The notes under the pieces are model-generated. The model made no database searches and had not been told where the DNA came from. It saw only the letters and a program-made list of their open reading frames with translations. The position numbers and the translations under genes were made by a program. Below are positions 48,773 through 61,800 of a DNA stretch of 64,000 nucleotides, in pieces. The stretch comes from Amoebophrya sp. A120. Its lineage: Eukaryota; Protista; Dinoflagellata. How positions within the stretch are numbered: position 1 is the first letter of the stretch; the number at the start of each line of letters is the position of its first letter. The DNA lies in assembly GCA_905178155.1 (NCBI GenBank), contig CAJINV010000014.1, forward strand, positions 1,505,984 through 1,569,983. Direction: 5' to 3'.

Positions 48773-49867
48773 AAGAGCTGGTGCCCCGCTCTAATGGCAA
48801 AGTAGGAAGCCGACTCAGATTGAAGTGGATCTACTGCCCGATTGAGATGAACATGAAGTTATAAACCTATGCTGATGTTCATGTTGTAGTTGTTGAACTT
48901 GAACTATGTAGCCAGCGACGCTGTCGTGCTGTGAAATCGAAGACTGTTTTGCAGTGGAGCGACAAGTAAATAACTGCTCACGACAAGCGACATGGAACAT
49001 ATCAAAATTCTGCTCGGACATGTGCCCTTGATCGCGAGGCGCGGCCTCGCAGAGGCGACGACTTCTATTTCCAGCATTTCTTTCGCAAGCCCTTGAAGAT
49101 GATGTATGTTGCGCGAGCTCATCTTCTTCTAGTTCTCCCACTCTCACTCCGTCTGCGATTTGCTCATCTATTTGTTGAGAGATAAACAAAAAACTGCGCT
49201 TCAAAGTGTGATGATATTTAAGAGTCGCGAGGGTCGAGAGAGAATTATAATTGCAGGCGACCATGCTCCTGCGAACCTGTACCTGAGAGCAAAATGAGAA
49301 AAAATGTAAAGCTGAAGGTGTAGCCACGTTCTTGAGTGCTGTGAATGATGTTTGATATGTGACTTTTATTTTTTATACATTATCATCGTCTTCGAAAAAA
49401 ACGTATATTAGTAGGAGCTTTGTTTGCTGTACGGACGGCGGAGTGCGGTAAAACACTTCTTATCGAGTTGTTGCGCAACCTCAACCACGTAAATTGCTTC
49501 TTGATTTGGGTCGGGACTATTTCCTTTTCCAGAAGTAATCAATAGACGAAAATCATCATCAGCTGCTACTTGAGATTTGTGGCCATTGTAGCATCGACAC
49601 AGGAACAAGGGTTGTTCACGACCCTTCCTTGGTGATTCCGTTAGCAGGGCGCCAATCTTCATCAGCCGCACGACCATTTTTGTTCGGAGCCTGCTATTAA
49701 AGAGGAGCACGACGACCACCACCTGTGACGAGTTCGGGCCCAACAAGCTATCTCCGCACAGATGACGACCGTGGAGGCACCAGGTTGTACAACAATTACG
49801 CCAGCTGGAGGGGCAGAAGCTGCAGCGGCAGCATCAACATGCGCGGCAAGATCCACCTTGGATCATC

Positions 49868-52800
49868 ATGTTCGACGACGAGCAGATGAAATGCAAACAG
49901 AGTGGTCACGACATCAATACCAAAAACGCCGGCGTGGTCTCAAGAAGCCGAAGCAATGCGGCATCTTCTTCGTCCTCGGGCGGGTCGTCTGGAAATGTCG
50001 AAGAGGAGGTGGACACAAGTACTTCCGGCGACGTCCACAGAGAAATTTCCTCCGAAACTAACAAGCAAGCCGCGAGCGTCGCTGGTGATGCGACTGCGAG
50101 TAGCAGCTGTGCAACTTCTGGTACCGAAGAAGACGAGGAGAATCAGGATGGTCGTGTTGAGAAGCTGCACGATGAAGGCACAGAGAAAACGACGCACCAG
50201 GACCCGCACAACTGCCAGAATTCTTCGACTATGTTGAACTTGAAAACTTCTACATCGGACACTGTCACTGACCAGCAGCACGACCCACACCAGAACACCA
50301 TCAACCAGAAAACGAAAACTGGCAAGCGCAGCTCTTACACGAGCCGCCGCGCGTCCTCCTGTCCCTCCCCCGTTACCGTTTCCTCGCCGGGTAGTGATGA
50401 CGCGAATGAAATCTTGCACCACCTGCGCCGGAACTCCACGACGCAGTGTGCCGTAGGTTCTCCCTCCACTAGCAAAAATCTCGAGGCGCAGCTATCATCG
50501 CCGCTGCAAACAGATAAGCAACATGACGTGGGTTTTCTTTCCGAGCAGAAGCGGCGGTCCTCGTCGCTCTTATCCCGTTCCTTCGCACGAAAAAGCTGCA
50601 ACCTGTACAACGCAAACGTACAACAGCTGCAGCAGCAGAATCGCAGGCGGTCCAGCTATCTAGCTGCTAGTACCGGGGGTGCTGGAAGTTGTAGTAGTCC
50701 ACTCGGAGCTACTGCCAGTGCCGGAGGTGGTTCTCCCAGCGCAACGTCCTGTGGTGGAGCTGCAGTGGCTTTTTGGTCATCATCTCCCACTACAAGCGTT
50801 GGAGCGATGAACAAGTCTCATAACAAGAGACAGATGGTGAAAGAGCAACAGAAACGCCGGAAAAGTGGTAGTCGCAAGGAACATCACGGTAGTAGGGGTA
50901 ATATTTTGACGAGTTACCACCAACAGGAACACGTCCAGCCGTTTGAGGACTTGGCGCTTTATACAACAACTGCTTGCTCGTCCACGATTACACCGGGGAC
51001 GACCAGTGCTAGCGCCACAAATCATCATGCACATGCCGGACCAGGACCCCAGCAAGGTAATGCGCCGGAAGAACAGCAACAGCACGGTGGACAAGTCAAA
51101 CAAGGAAAGGAAGTAGAGAAACGGAAATCATCCAAAAGAGCCAGCGAGACAAGAAGTGACCGGAAGAACAGAAAGTCTACTTCTAAAGATCAGTTGCAGC
51201 AGAACTGCACCGCATCAGGCCACGCATCGCGCTCCACGACGAGCTTCTGTCCCTCCTCTTCCGCAAGTTTGGGAGCTGCAAAGAACCTCGTAACCGCGGA
51301 GGATGTTGCGGCGCTGCGTGACAATATGATGAACAGTCCCTCCACCGCCACGCCAGGTCCGCGTGGGAACAAAATTAACACCCTAAACGGACTATCCTCC
51401 GCAAAAGCATCAATATCGCGGCACTCGTAGTGATTTTTGCAATCATGCAGCACTAATCCGCCGGTTTTCTACCCGCGAATCCACTTGTAAGCTTGAAGCG
51501 ATTTCGTAGGAATTCGATAAGCTCAGTTTTGTAGCAAAGGAAAACTTCGCGGATCTAAAGATCATTATATAAACAGGGGGATGCGCATCCTATAAACGCA
51601 TACACGATCAAAATTTTACAGTATTCAGTTTCGGTTTCGTCCTTGATCCTAAATCGCGTAAAGCTAGGAATTCTTTTTTCGTCGAGGACTTTTCCCGAAA
51701 CACACTGTAAATTCACCATTCTAAAAATACTGAAGACTCAGCGGAGTCACACCGCTCTTCTGTTCGTATTCTCAACACACTAGCGCGCGCGTTGCTTCCA
51801 TATTCATAAGAGAGTTTTTTTCTGTCGACGCAAAGTCTTTCTTTGAGCTCTGGGTCTGTTTTTTCTTCCACTCGAAGCTTCTATTTTTTTCTCTCGTTCA
51901 TCTGGCAGCGCACAAAAATCAACAAACTCACTTCCTAGAATCAATTTGTATAAGTTGTTTTTTTCCCAGCCGGGTCAGGCTTCAGAACTCAGGACTCAAG
52001 ATAACACTCGAGCCGGACGCAACCGGCAGCCGCGTTATCATCAAAGCAAGCACGAAGGTATCTAATAGAGTTTCTTTCTGGAAAGCCCATGCATGAAATA
52101 CAGATCCATGCTTCCAGATTCGGACTCACTCTTTTCCGCAACTCTACCCAGGTATGCCAACGGTAGCCGTGCAAACCGAGAGCACGGGCCCAGACCTGGA
52201 GGCTTCTATGGCGGCGCTGTTCAAGCACAACGTCGTCATGCAGAAGGAAAGCACGAAGCTAATCAAGGAAGCCGAAGAGCTGCGCAAGCAGAATCAGCTC
52301 CAGTGCGCCAAGTGCGGCTACAACAAACTGCAGTACACCAGGATCCAAGTCGAGAAGCAGATTCTGTGCAGCGCGGTCGCGGAATGCGTTTCAACGGAGC
52401 CAGCAAAAGCGCTTCAGGCGTGCTTGCGAGAGCTGGGCCAGCGCCTCGGGAAAGCAGTCGACTACGCAAAAGCGGGCACTTCCGCTAGCGAAGCAGGTTG
52501 GGAACGACTGGAAGACATCCAGTGCGCAAACAACCGAGCGCTGACGGGTCACGACATTCGTGACATCCAATCCGACATCCGGGACTTCCTCGAGGACTAC
52601 CAGCGCTCCTACAACCACTTGCAGGAACTCAAGCGCTACCTCATCATGCTGAAAGTCCAGACGCACGGAATGCTGAGCGAAACACTGGCGCTAGGCGGTA
52701 TTATGCCGGAGCACAGAGCTCGGGTGATCCGGAAGTACACCGAAGCTCTCCATGACCACAAACTCGTCTTCGCCTTGTTGTTCGACTCCGACGAGGTCGA

Positions 52801-55800
52801 AGTGGACACACTGGACGAAGCAATGATCCAGTCCATCATCGAACTACAAATCGCAAGGAAGCGGATCCGGAACGGGGAAGACGTGATCGATGAATACGGC
52901 CTTCCAACCCGTTTTCCGACGCAGCGCGAGCAGACAGTTTTGCGACCACAAGCAACGCTCGCTGTAACCGGTGGCCAATACACGCCAACCGCCGGATCGT
53001 GGTGGATGAGGAACGAGAACCATGACCACACACGAGAAATTGATGATCTCGCGGGTCGCATATTGACCGCACTCAGAGCAGCCAGAGTGTAAAGCCCTTC
53101 ACTTGTACAATTTCAATAATTCTAAGCATCAATGTAAATTTCTGAAGCAATCCAACACACAAGTAACACCAGTAACATGAAATCTTGTGCAATTTCTTGG
53201 TATTCAACGGTAGTCCGAAAGCGCAAAGCTGAATCCCACACCAAAAATTCTTCGCTCGCCGCGGCTAAGCACCCAGCAGCTCTTGTTGCAGGCCGCGCGA
53301 GTGTTCTTTTCTCATGCTGAAATCAACCCACAACTCAGCTTCAGGAAAAAGAAATCGCTCAGTCGCATTCGTGCCTTCAGTCGTGTTTTTCCCGAAGGTA
53401 GGCCAGATTTCGTCATCGTGTTTTTTCTCATAGTCGCGTTCAAGCAGCGACTCCAATTTCGTGTTTTTTCCTTTTTAGAGCGATAAGAGAGAGCTTTTTC
53501 TTGTTTTTTGGTCCGCGAGAGTCACTTCGTCAACCTTTTCGCTTCGATTTGGCACGAAGTGCTTCACACTTTCCAGGACAGCTCTCTCAGTTTTAGTAAA
53601 AGTAAGTCAGTCCAGTTTTTCCCTCGCGTTACCACACAATGGCAGCCGACAAGAAGTGCACTATCTGCGACACCACGAAGGCCGACGCGCAGATCAAGTT
53701 CTTCTGCAAGAACCACTCCGCGGCCACGTCGTGCAAAAACTCCGTGTGCAACGAGTGCGACAAAGAAAACGGAGAATTGTGCATTCGCATGTTCGCCACG
53801 GTGAACCACTTGGACCCGGCTTACACGATCTGCAACAAATGCGACATGAAGTTGCACACCGGTCGGATCAAAAAAGTCGAGGCAACTCTGAAGGAAGCTG
53901 CTGGTGATTCTACACTGGCGGCGAACGTGATGGCTTCCGAGCCGTGGTGCTCGGGCTACGTCAATCTCACCGACGCCGAGCGCTTAGAAGGACTCAAAAA
54001 CTGCAAACGCCCGGCGGTAGTTCCTTTTTTTGCTTTCTTAAAATTGTTCATGCATCATGAGACCAGCATGACACTCCGAATTTTCAAACTCAAACTCCCA
54101 GTTCCGCGAAGTGGAATCCAGCCGCTTGGACACCTCGGAATTGATCTTAGCGCACCAGTCGCAGCAGTCGACCACCGGTGGTGCCACCTCGGAAGCCTTG
54201 TTCAAGGATATCAAACGGCAGAAAAACGACCACTACCGTTTGAAGGTAGTGTTTTTCTTTGCTGTAATCTTTCAGATTTACACTCTCCACCACTCTCATG
54301 TGTAATGTCCGGCTTCAATCCAACCACAGGATCTTTTGTTGCCGGCGCACGGTGGAAGCATTCCGAAGGCGATCCGCCACTACGAAAAGTGCACTCTGCA
54401 CTTCCCGGGCACTCCGTGCGCGCTGGTGGCGGCCCGCAACATGTTCTTCTTGAAGTACATTTTGGACACTTCGCAGAACAACGCCTCCAAGAAGGCGATC
54501 CACGCTGACCCGCCGATCAACTTGAACTACTCGGCGTGCGCGACCTTGAAGTCCTTCCACAAGAAGATCAGTATTTCTTGTTCCTTTCTTCTGCTTGATG
54601 CGATGCTCGCGATACCCATGCTTCGAGTTATCTTCCCTTTAATACTTTCAGAACTGCGCACGCGCATGGAAGCGACGAAGCAGGCGCTGTTCACGTCGTA
54701 CTTTTTGCCGGAGTTCGTGTACTCCTGCTGCGCCAACCTGTCGAGCCCGTCGGTGTTGGCTTCCATGCTGAACACCTTACCGCCCGCGACTAACCCGATC
54801 GCGGCAAGCGCGCCGGCGCCGAAGCGCACCCCGAGGCCGCAGCACACCCCGACCGTGCCGAACACTCCGCATAAACGGCAGGGGAACGATCAGTACAACT
54901 CTCCCAGCACCCAGTACTTGCGTGCGGGGGACTCCAGCCAAATGCTGCCGCCGGCCACACCGCCGCAGTACCACCGCACCGGCAAGCCCCAGGGCATCCC
55001 AATGTCGCCGGCGCCGACGGTCCCCTCGACCCCGTATAAGGGCGGACCGGCCGATCAGTCCCAGCTCGCCGAGATCCAGCGTATCCTCTCCGGGGCGAAT
55101 CGCGATTCGCAATCGGCCGCTGCGGCTTTCTCCTCCGCAAAATCGGCGCACCAGGGCGCGACCTACGAGTTCTTCACGAAGAACGGTTACTGTCGCAACT
55201 GCTTCTTACTGGGCAAGGGTCTCGGGCAGTTTCACGGACCGTCCTACGCGGAGTGCGAGCAGCAGGGCAGCCGTTGCCTCATCCAGTGCACGTGGTGCAA
55301 CGAAGGGCAGCACTGGTTGAACCAGTGCCCGCGGAAGAACGCCGGTCAGCCGTCCGCAAAGGGCAGCAGGGGCAAGGGCCGCTAAATGATGATCGCAATT
55401 TCTAGCAACAAGCACTCGCGCCAAGTTTTTTCGCTCGTTTCTTTCGGTACATTTCGAAATCATTTTCATCTTCAGTATCCAGCGGTAGGTGTCAGTCACT
55501 CAAGCCTGTGCATCGCATTCACTAAGTTAAGTTTCACAGGATTCAATCAATATTCAAGTAAAATTAACTTCAAATTTACGAATTTCAGTTAAAAAAATTT
55601 ATTTTGTGCCGCTCAGCAGCAGATTAAGGAGCAGTAAAGTATAAGTAAGTAGTCCTAGTTATCAGAGTTCCCATCTTCGCCACCTCATGACACGCAAAAG
55701 AGACAAACACAAGTTTCAAACATGGCATCGGGGAAAGTGAAGACAAGAAGTCAGTATTAGCGATTCAGTCACGGACTCGCACCGAAACAGAATCGCTCAA

Positions 55801-58800
55801 CATAGAGTGAGTCAATGAATCAACTCCATTCGTTTAGCAACTAAAATTTCGGTGTTTTGTGATTTTTTCTCGCGCAGAGGCGCGCTCGACGGTTGGGGAA
55901 GGCGCTCTGCCCATCATGAGTTACTCGTCGCTCATGCTCCAGCATGTGATGAAGCGGGCGCTTGGCGACGAACTGGCCGAAGAGCGTGGCATCAAGCTCC
56001 GCAAGGACTCCGAGGATCAAGCCAAGTTCTTCGCACAAAGGGCGTTCAACTTGCAGCAAGCGAACGCGAACGCACCCGCGGGAGAGCATGGCGACGCTCT
56101 CTTCGACGATTTCGAGGCTTTAGGCGCGGAAACTGCAATCCAGTCCGTACCGCAGGACCAGCTTGCGGCACCTCCGCAACAACAGGCTTCTTCCAGTTCT
56201 GCCTCGTCTTCTTCCGCACCAGCGATGAGCTCGCTAATCCAAGGTCAGGCAACGAGCAGCAGTTCTCAGATAAGTCAACTCGAACCACTCCCCAACATTT
56301 ACAACAACTTCATCGAGGACCCACCAAGCTCTCCGGAGTTCATGTCTGTGCCAGACCTTCAGGCACAGGTCCAAGCAATCAACGGCGGCACTTCAACAAC
56401 TTGGCTTCCGGCTTCAACCGGAGCGGGCTTTGTACACCAGCAACCCGCTCAATCATCCTCGAGCGGAAGCAGCACACAACCCGCGTCTTCCATTGCTACG
56501 GCACAGCACAAATACAAGCCGTTCGTCTCTTCGAAGCAATTAGATCTCAAAATCTTCCCGGAAAGACTTTCCGTGTTCCAGGAGTTCCCGCTTGACGAAA
56601 TGCGGCGAAGAGCGCTCGTGGCTGCAGCTACGCGATTCGCGGAAAGCAGCATAAGAGAGTCAACCTGTAACACCTATTCCGGCGTGTTGAGCTCGGTGGT
56701 GCCACGGATTTGCGAAGTGTTAAATTTCCAGCTTTGGCCAATCACTTCGGCATCCGAAGCAGAACTGTTCTTCACGGCTTTCGCAACTTCAAAAAAAGCA
56801 CATGCGAACCACGTGAACAAAACGTCGGGCAAAGTGAATTGGAGCAGCTTTCGCAGCATCAGCTCCGCCATTTCGGCCTACAACAGCTGCAGGACCAACG
56901 TGAACAATTTCTCTATGAGGAACAAGGACCGGTCTTTCCAGCGGATTTGGGAAGGTTTCAAAAGGAGCGCCGCTCACCCGGTAGCAGCGGACGCGAAGTT
57001 CGCTCCTTCAGAACACCACTTGGAGCGCATTCTGAAGTCGGCAAAGGACGATTTTGTTTCCATCTGCTGCCCCAACGACATAGCAGCAGCGCATCCCACC
57101 TGGACCAAGTCTGCATTCGAGGACAAGCAGGCCTTGCAGGTGGCCATCATGTTCCAGTACGCGGTTATTGCGAACGTCGGGTTTTACGGAGTGCGGCGCG
57201 CAGCCGAGTTGATTGCCTTCTCTTCCGATGATGTGGAAGTAAAAAGGCTGACGGCGGACCAGCATGCAGATCGACCGCGGTTTATCAAGTTAACGGTCAA
57301 AGAAGCGAAAAACGACGTCTACGCAAAGGGCGACTTTTGCATCATTCCGGCAAAGGTCGCAAACTACCTGCTGACGTGGATGAAATACGCGCACGCCTTC
57401 ATCCTGCACCACTTCAAAGCAAGATACTTGGCCGGGGCGTGCTCGCTGTTTTTCACGATCGGAACAACGAGAATCAAGACACGCGGTTGCCCTCTGTCGA
57501 AAGACGCACTCCGCAAAGGGATCAGGAACGCACTCACCGCGTTCGCACAAGTAACAAAGCCGATCTCGCTCCGCAGAGGCGGGGCGCAGTATTACGCGCA
57601 GATAGATCGCCACACGGCATGGGCCCAGGGCGGTTGGCGAAGTATGAGGATGCTTGACGAAGTCTACGCTCCGAAAGAAGACTCCAAGCTTGCCGCGGAG
57701 ATTCACGAGTGCTCCAGGGTGGGCGAACTCGAAAAGCAGCAAACCGCCATCATCAAGGCGATGGAGGATTGCCTCGCTATTCAGGACGCAGAAGGCATGA
57801 CCAAGCACCTAAATGACTTCAACCCGAATTTTATCGGCTCAGAAAAAATCAAAATCCACGCTCCAAAGATTTTCAAAAGACTCATGTTGAAAAATTTACA
57901 CAAGACGCACTTCAAGAAGCTGTATTTGATATTCTTTCCGGACATGGAATTCCCAGAAGGCACCAGCCAGCTGGCTGCCACCGCGAGCTAAGTCTTCTCG
58001 TTCCTTTGCATAAGTCTCTCGTTGAGAACTTGAGCTTCTGTGCTTTCGTGTACCAGCTTTCAGTGCTTGAGCTTTGGGCTTCAAAAAAAATTCAAAAGAC
58101 ATAAGACAGCCAGGCAACAGACACACAGCCGATTGACCCATTCTCGCCTAGTGTTCTGCTGTGGCGTCCTCGAGTTCGTCAGTAGTCGCCTCATCGTTTT
58201 TTTTTCTCAAAGTTCGTGAACCATTCGTGCGCTCATCGCATTGTCGGCATGAATTCCTCATGGTTTTTTTCAGTTTTTTGTTTTGCGACTCCTGCGGGTA
58301 GTTCTTCCTGTCCTTTTATCAGCGCACTTCTGCTCTCTCATTATCGCCTAGTACGCAGCATCATCGGAGAGATTGCATTCGTTTCTATCGTCGCGTCTTC
58401 GCTTTGACACTCTCGCTCCTTCCATCGCAGTCTTTGTTTTTCACCTGCACTTGTGGCAGGCGCGGTAGAATAATGATAATTTCGGAACGCACAGATGAGG
58501 AAGAACAAATGGGAACTCAGCCCACCTCAGAGTGGTCAGTCGAGGACTACAAGGCTCTGGGCATCCCGACCAACGACGTGGAAGTCCGCGAGTTCATTCG
58601 CAGCCAGGAGGGCCCGCAGGACGAATGGCGCGAGCAAGAGGACGACTTAGCCTTCGACGGTCTCTCCCTGTCGGCTAGACAGTGTTGTCGTTATGGCGCT
58701 CATCCCGACTTCATGACGCGCTGGTTTGGTGGTTTGAAGTTCAAGTGGCTCGCAGACTCTTTCACTCCGAACCGTACCGAAAATTATCCCGGCGCAAGCG

Positions 58801-61800
58801 CATACGAGGATATTTTCACGAAGGAAGTCTACCGGTTTGTGGAAAGCAAGAAAGTGTTGCTGTACGACAACAACGGTCCGCCCGATCTGGTTATAGCACC
58901 GGGCTCCATCATCCCGCAGAAAGGGAAATTCCGGTTAATAACGGACTGGCCAAACTCAGAAGTAGGAGTCAGTTCCAGCATATTCGCCACCGCTGTGAAC
59001 TACAGCAACTGGTGGCAACTTCTCGAGTTGATTGGCCCCGGTTCAATCGGCTTCGGCTGGGATCTACAAGACTGCTACCGTATTCAAAGTTTTTGTTTGT
59101 GATAAGTTCGCTTCATTTCTAGACAAATCGCGCTGACTTGGATTTCTAACTTCATCTCAAAAAACAGCCCACTGGATGATCCACCCGAGCTTCAGGCGAC
59201 TGCTCGGGCTGTCCATTCCGCAAACAAGCAGAACGGCGGTGCACTGTTTCTTGCCTTTCGGCCTCAATTGCGCCCCCGGAGACAACGACGAATCAGTGAA
59301 GCGCCTGATTTCCATGGCGCACAGTGCGGGTGTAGATGCGAAGATCCTGGACTTTGTGGACGACCTCAGAGGAATCGTTCCGCGCCCACTTTCGCACCGG
59401 ATGGACATCGCACAGCGCGAATTTAACAAGGTGTTTTTCATCCTTTCGACGTTAGGGTGTAGATTGCACACCAAAGCGGGGAAACTCATTCCTCCTTCCA
59501 CCTTCTTCCCGTGGTTGGGGTTCAATTGCGACACGGTCGACATGTCGTTCGGGGTGGAGGATGACAGGCTGGAGGACTGCCTCAAAGCAGTCCAGGAATT
59601 CAGAACCGAGATAGCAAGTGACCCAGGTTCCGCCACTACAGCAAGGAGGGCGGCGAAGGTCGTCGGGAAGCTCACCTCCATATCGCTCGCAATCGACGGA
59701 CCGTTGCGCAACTTGCAAAACAGTTTAAACGCGAGCGGTTGTTACGCCCTGTGGCAGTCCAGCAAAACCCACAATCCGAAGGTGGTGATTTGCAGCGAAG
59801 GAAAAGCCGACTTGGTGTGGTGGAGCGACACCCTCATCGCCAAACCAAGGGCGAGAATCCACTTCAACGGTTTGAGGAGTTTCTTGTGGCGCGAGGACGT
59901 GCTAGCATTCGGAGCCAACTTCTTCAGAAGCCTCGACCCCAACTCGTTCACAGCGTTCTCAGGGGATGCAGCCACGTCAGCGGGTTGGGGCGGGAAGTTC
60001 GGGCAGCAAAGTTTTGCCGACAGATTCCCGGTTTGGCTACAAGGGCAGTCGATAAACGTTTTGGAATATGCAACGCCACTCCTCATACTGCTACGAGTGG
60101 AAGCTGCGGACGCAAGCAAACTGTCGGGGAAAATTCTCCTTTACTACACTGACAACCCCGCTTGCAAAAGAGGAGTAAACCGCGGCAACTACTCCACCCC
60201 AATCTTCTGCAGGATCACGAGGGAGCTGAAGTCGCTGCTGGTCCGGAACAGGGCGGAACTAGTAGCAGCAAAAGTTTACGGCTCGCAGAACATTGAAGCC
60301 GATTTGCTGTCGCGCTTTGACGACAACATCAAATCGATCACGGACAACAGCCCGGAGAAGTTTCGGACGAGCAGAGCCTGGAACCACATTTGCAAGACGC
60401 TCCCGGGTCTGGCAATCGAGGCGTTCAGCTCCGCGGATGCATCAAGCACCTCCAGAAGACTGAGCCGATACTTCACGGCAAACAGTCCGCCGCTCTTCAG
60501 CTTCGAAGAAATTTGCGAAGTACGAAGCTGGTGGCTTCCACCGGCCGACCTGCTCTACGCAACATTGAAGTTTCTGAACAAAGCGTTGCAGCCAATCCCG
60601 GCGGCCAGCAGACCGAGGATAGCAATCTTAGTCCCAAAAATCAACAACAAATTCGCAAGTTTGCTCGGGCCGTTCGGGAAGCCAGTCATCAAATTCAAGA
60701 GAGGCAAAGACCTCTTCCGTTTGGAAGGAGTAAGCCACAACATCTCGGCCGATGACGACTATCGGGTCTACTCTTCCGTGCCATTGCACGAGTGGATCAA
60801 GAGCGACGCAGTCATCAACGTCCCCAGTGCCCAAGTGGAAAAGTTGCTGAAGAGCGCGGCGTTCATGAGAACTATCGGCGACACCAGCAAAGTGGACTTC
60901 TCGCCGATTGAGTACTCGACGGCGGATTGGATAATCCACATTTGCTGCGTAAAACCAATTCGTCCTCTGGGGATCGCAAGAGCGATATTCGCAGTCCACA
61001 AGCACGCGAATACTTACGACAAACCAGAATCTGCCAAACCCTTCGGCAGCTACGAAATTCTGAACAAAGTCGTGAACATTTACGCCATGAAGCTGCCGGG
61101 TATCGGCGACGGCGACGGTCGGCGACGGTCGGTGATGCAGCCGCGTCCCGCCTTCAAATCTTCGACTCGTGTATGATGGATTTGGCATCAAAAGCGGTGT
61201 CGTTGGGTATCTCGTCGGTCTCCATTCCGCTCAGGATCGGATGCGGGTCGTGTGGAGGCAGAGTCGCTGACTATGCTTTAGTCATCGAGCGATTCATCGC
61301 GAATTGTGAAAGAAACAACATCAGTGTGCGACTACATGACATTCCGACAAAACTCTAAATTTGTAAACCATTTGTTTCAAAGTCTAGTCTTGTGCAGTCT
61401 TTCGCTGGTTTCGCAACATAGTCTCTCTATTGTGCTTTTGATTGATAGCACGACCCTATACAATTTGCACACATGCATCAGATCCTTCGCGGAGTTACTC
61501 ATACTTATCCTGCTATCATGCCTTGCCACAAACTCAGCGGTCTTCGTCTGTTCGCGTTTCGATCACAGAAACAAGAGATCACATACAGGCAGAGATCCTC
61601 TCGTTCTCGCTGGGTGTCCGTCGACACGGATACGTGCAGGGCAGGAGCAAAATAAGATCCTACGAAGTTGACGAGCGAAAAATTGTAAGCTTGAAGCGAT
61701 TTCGTAGGAATTCGATAAGCTCAGTTTTGTAGCAAAGGAAAACTTCGCGGATCTAAAGATCATTATATAAACAGGGGGATGCGCATCCTATAAACGCATA

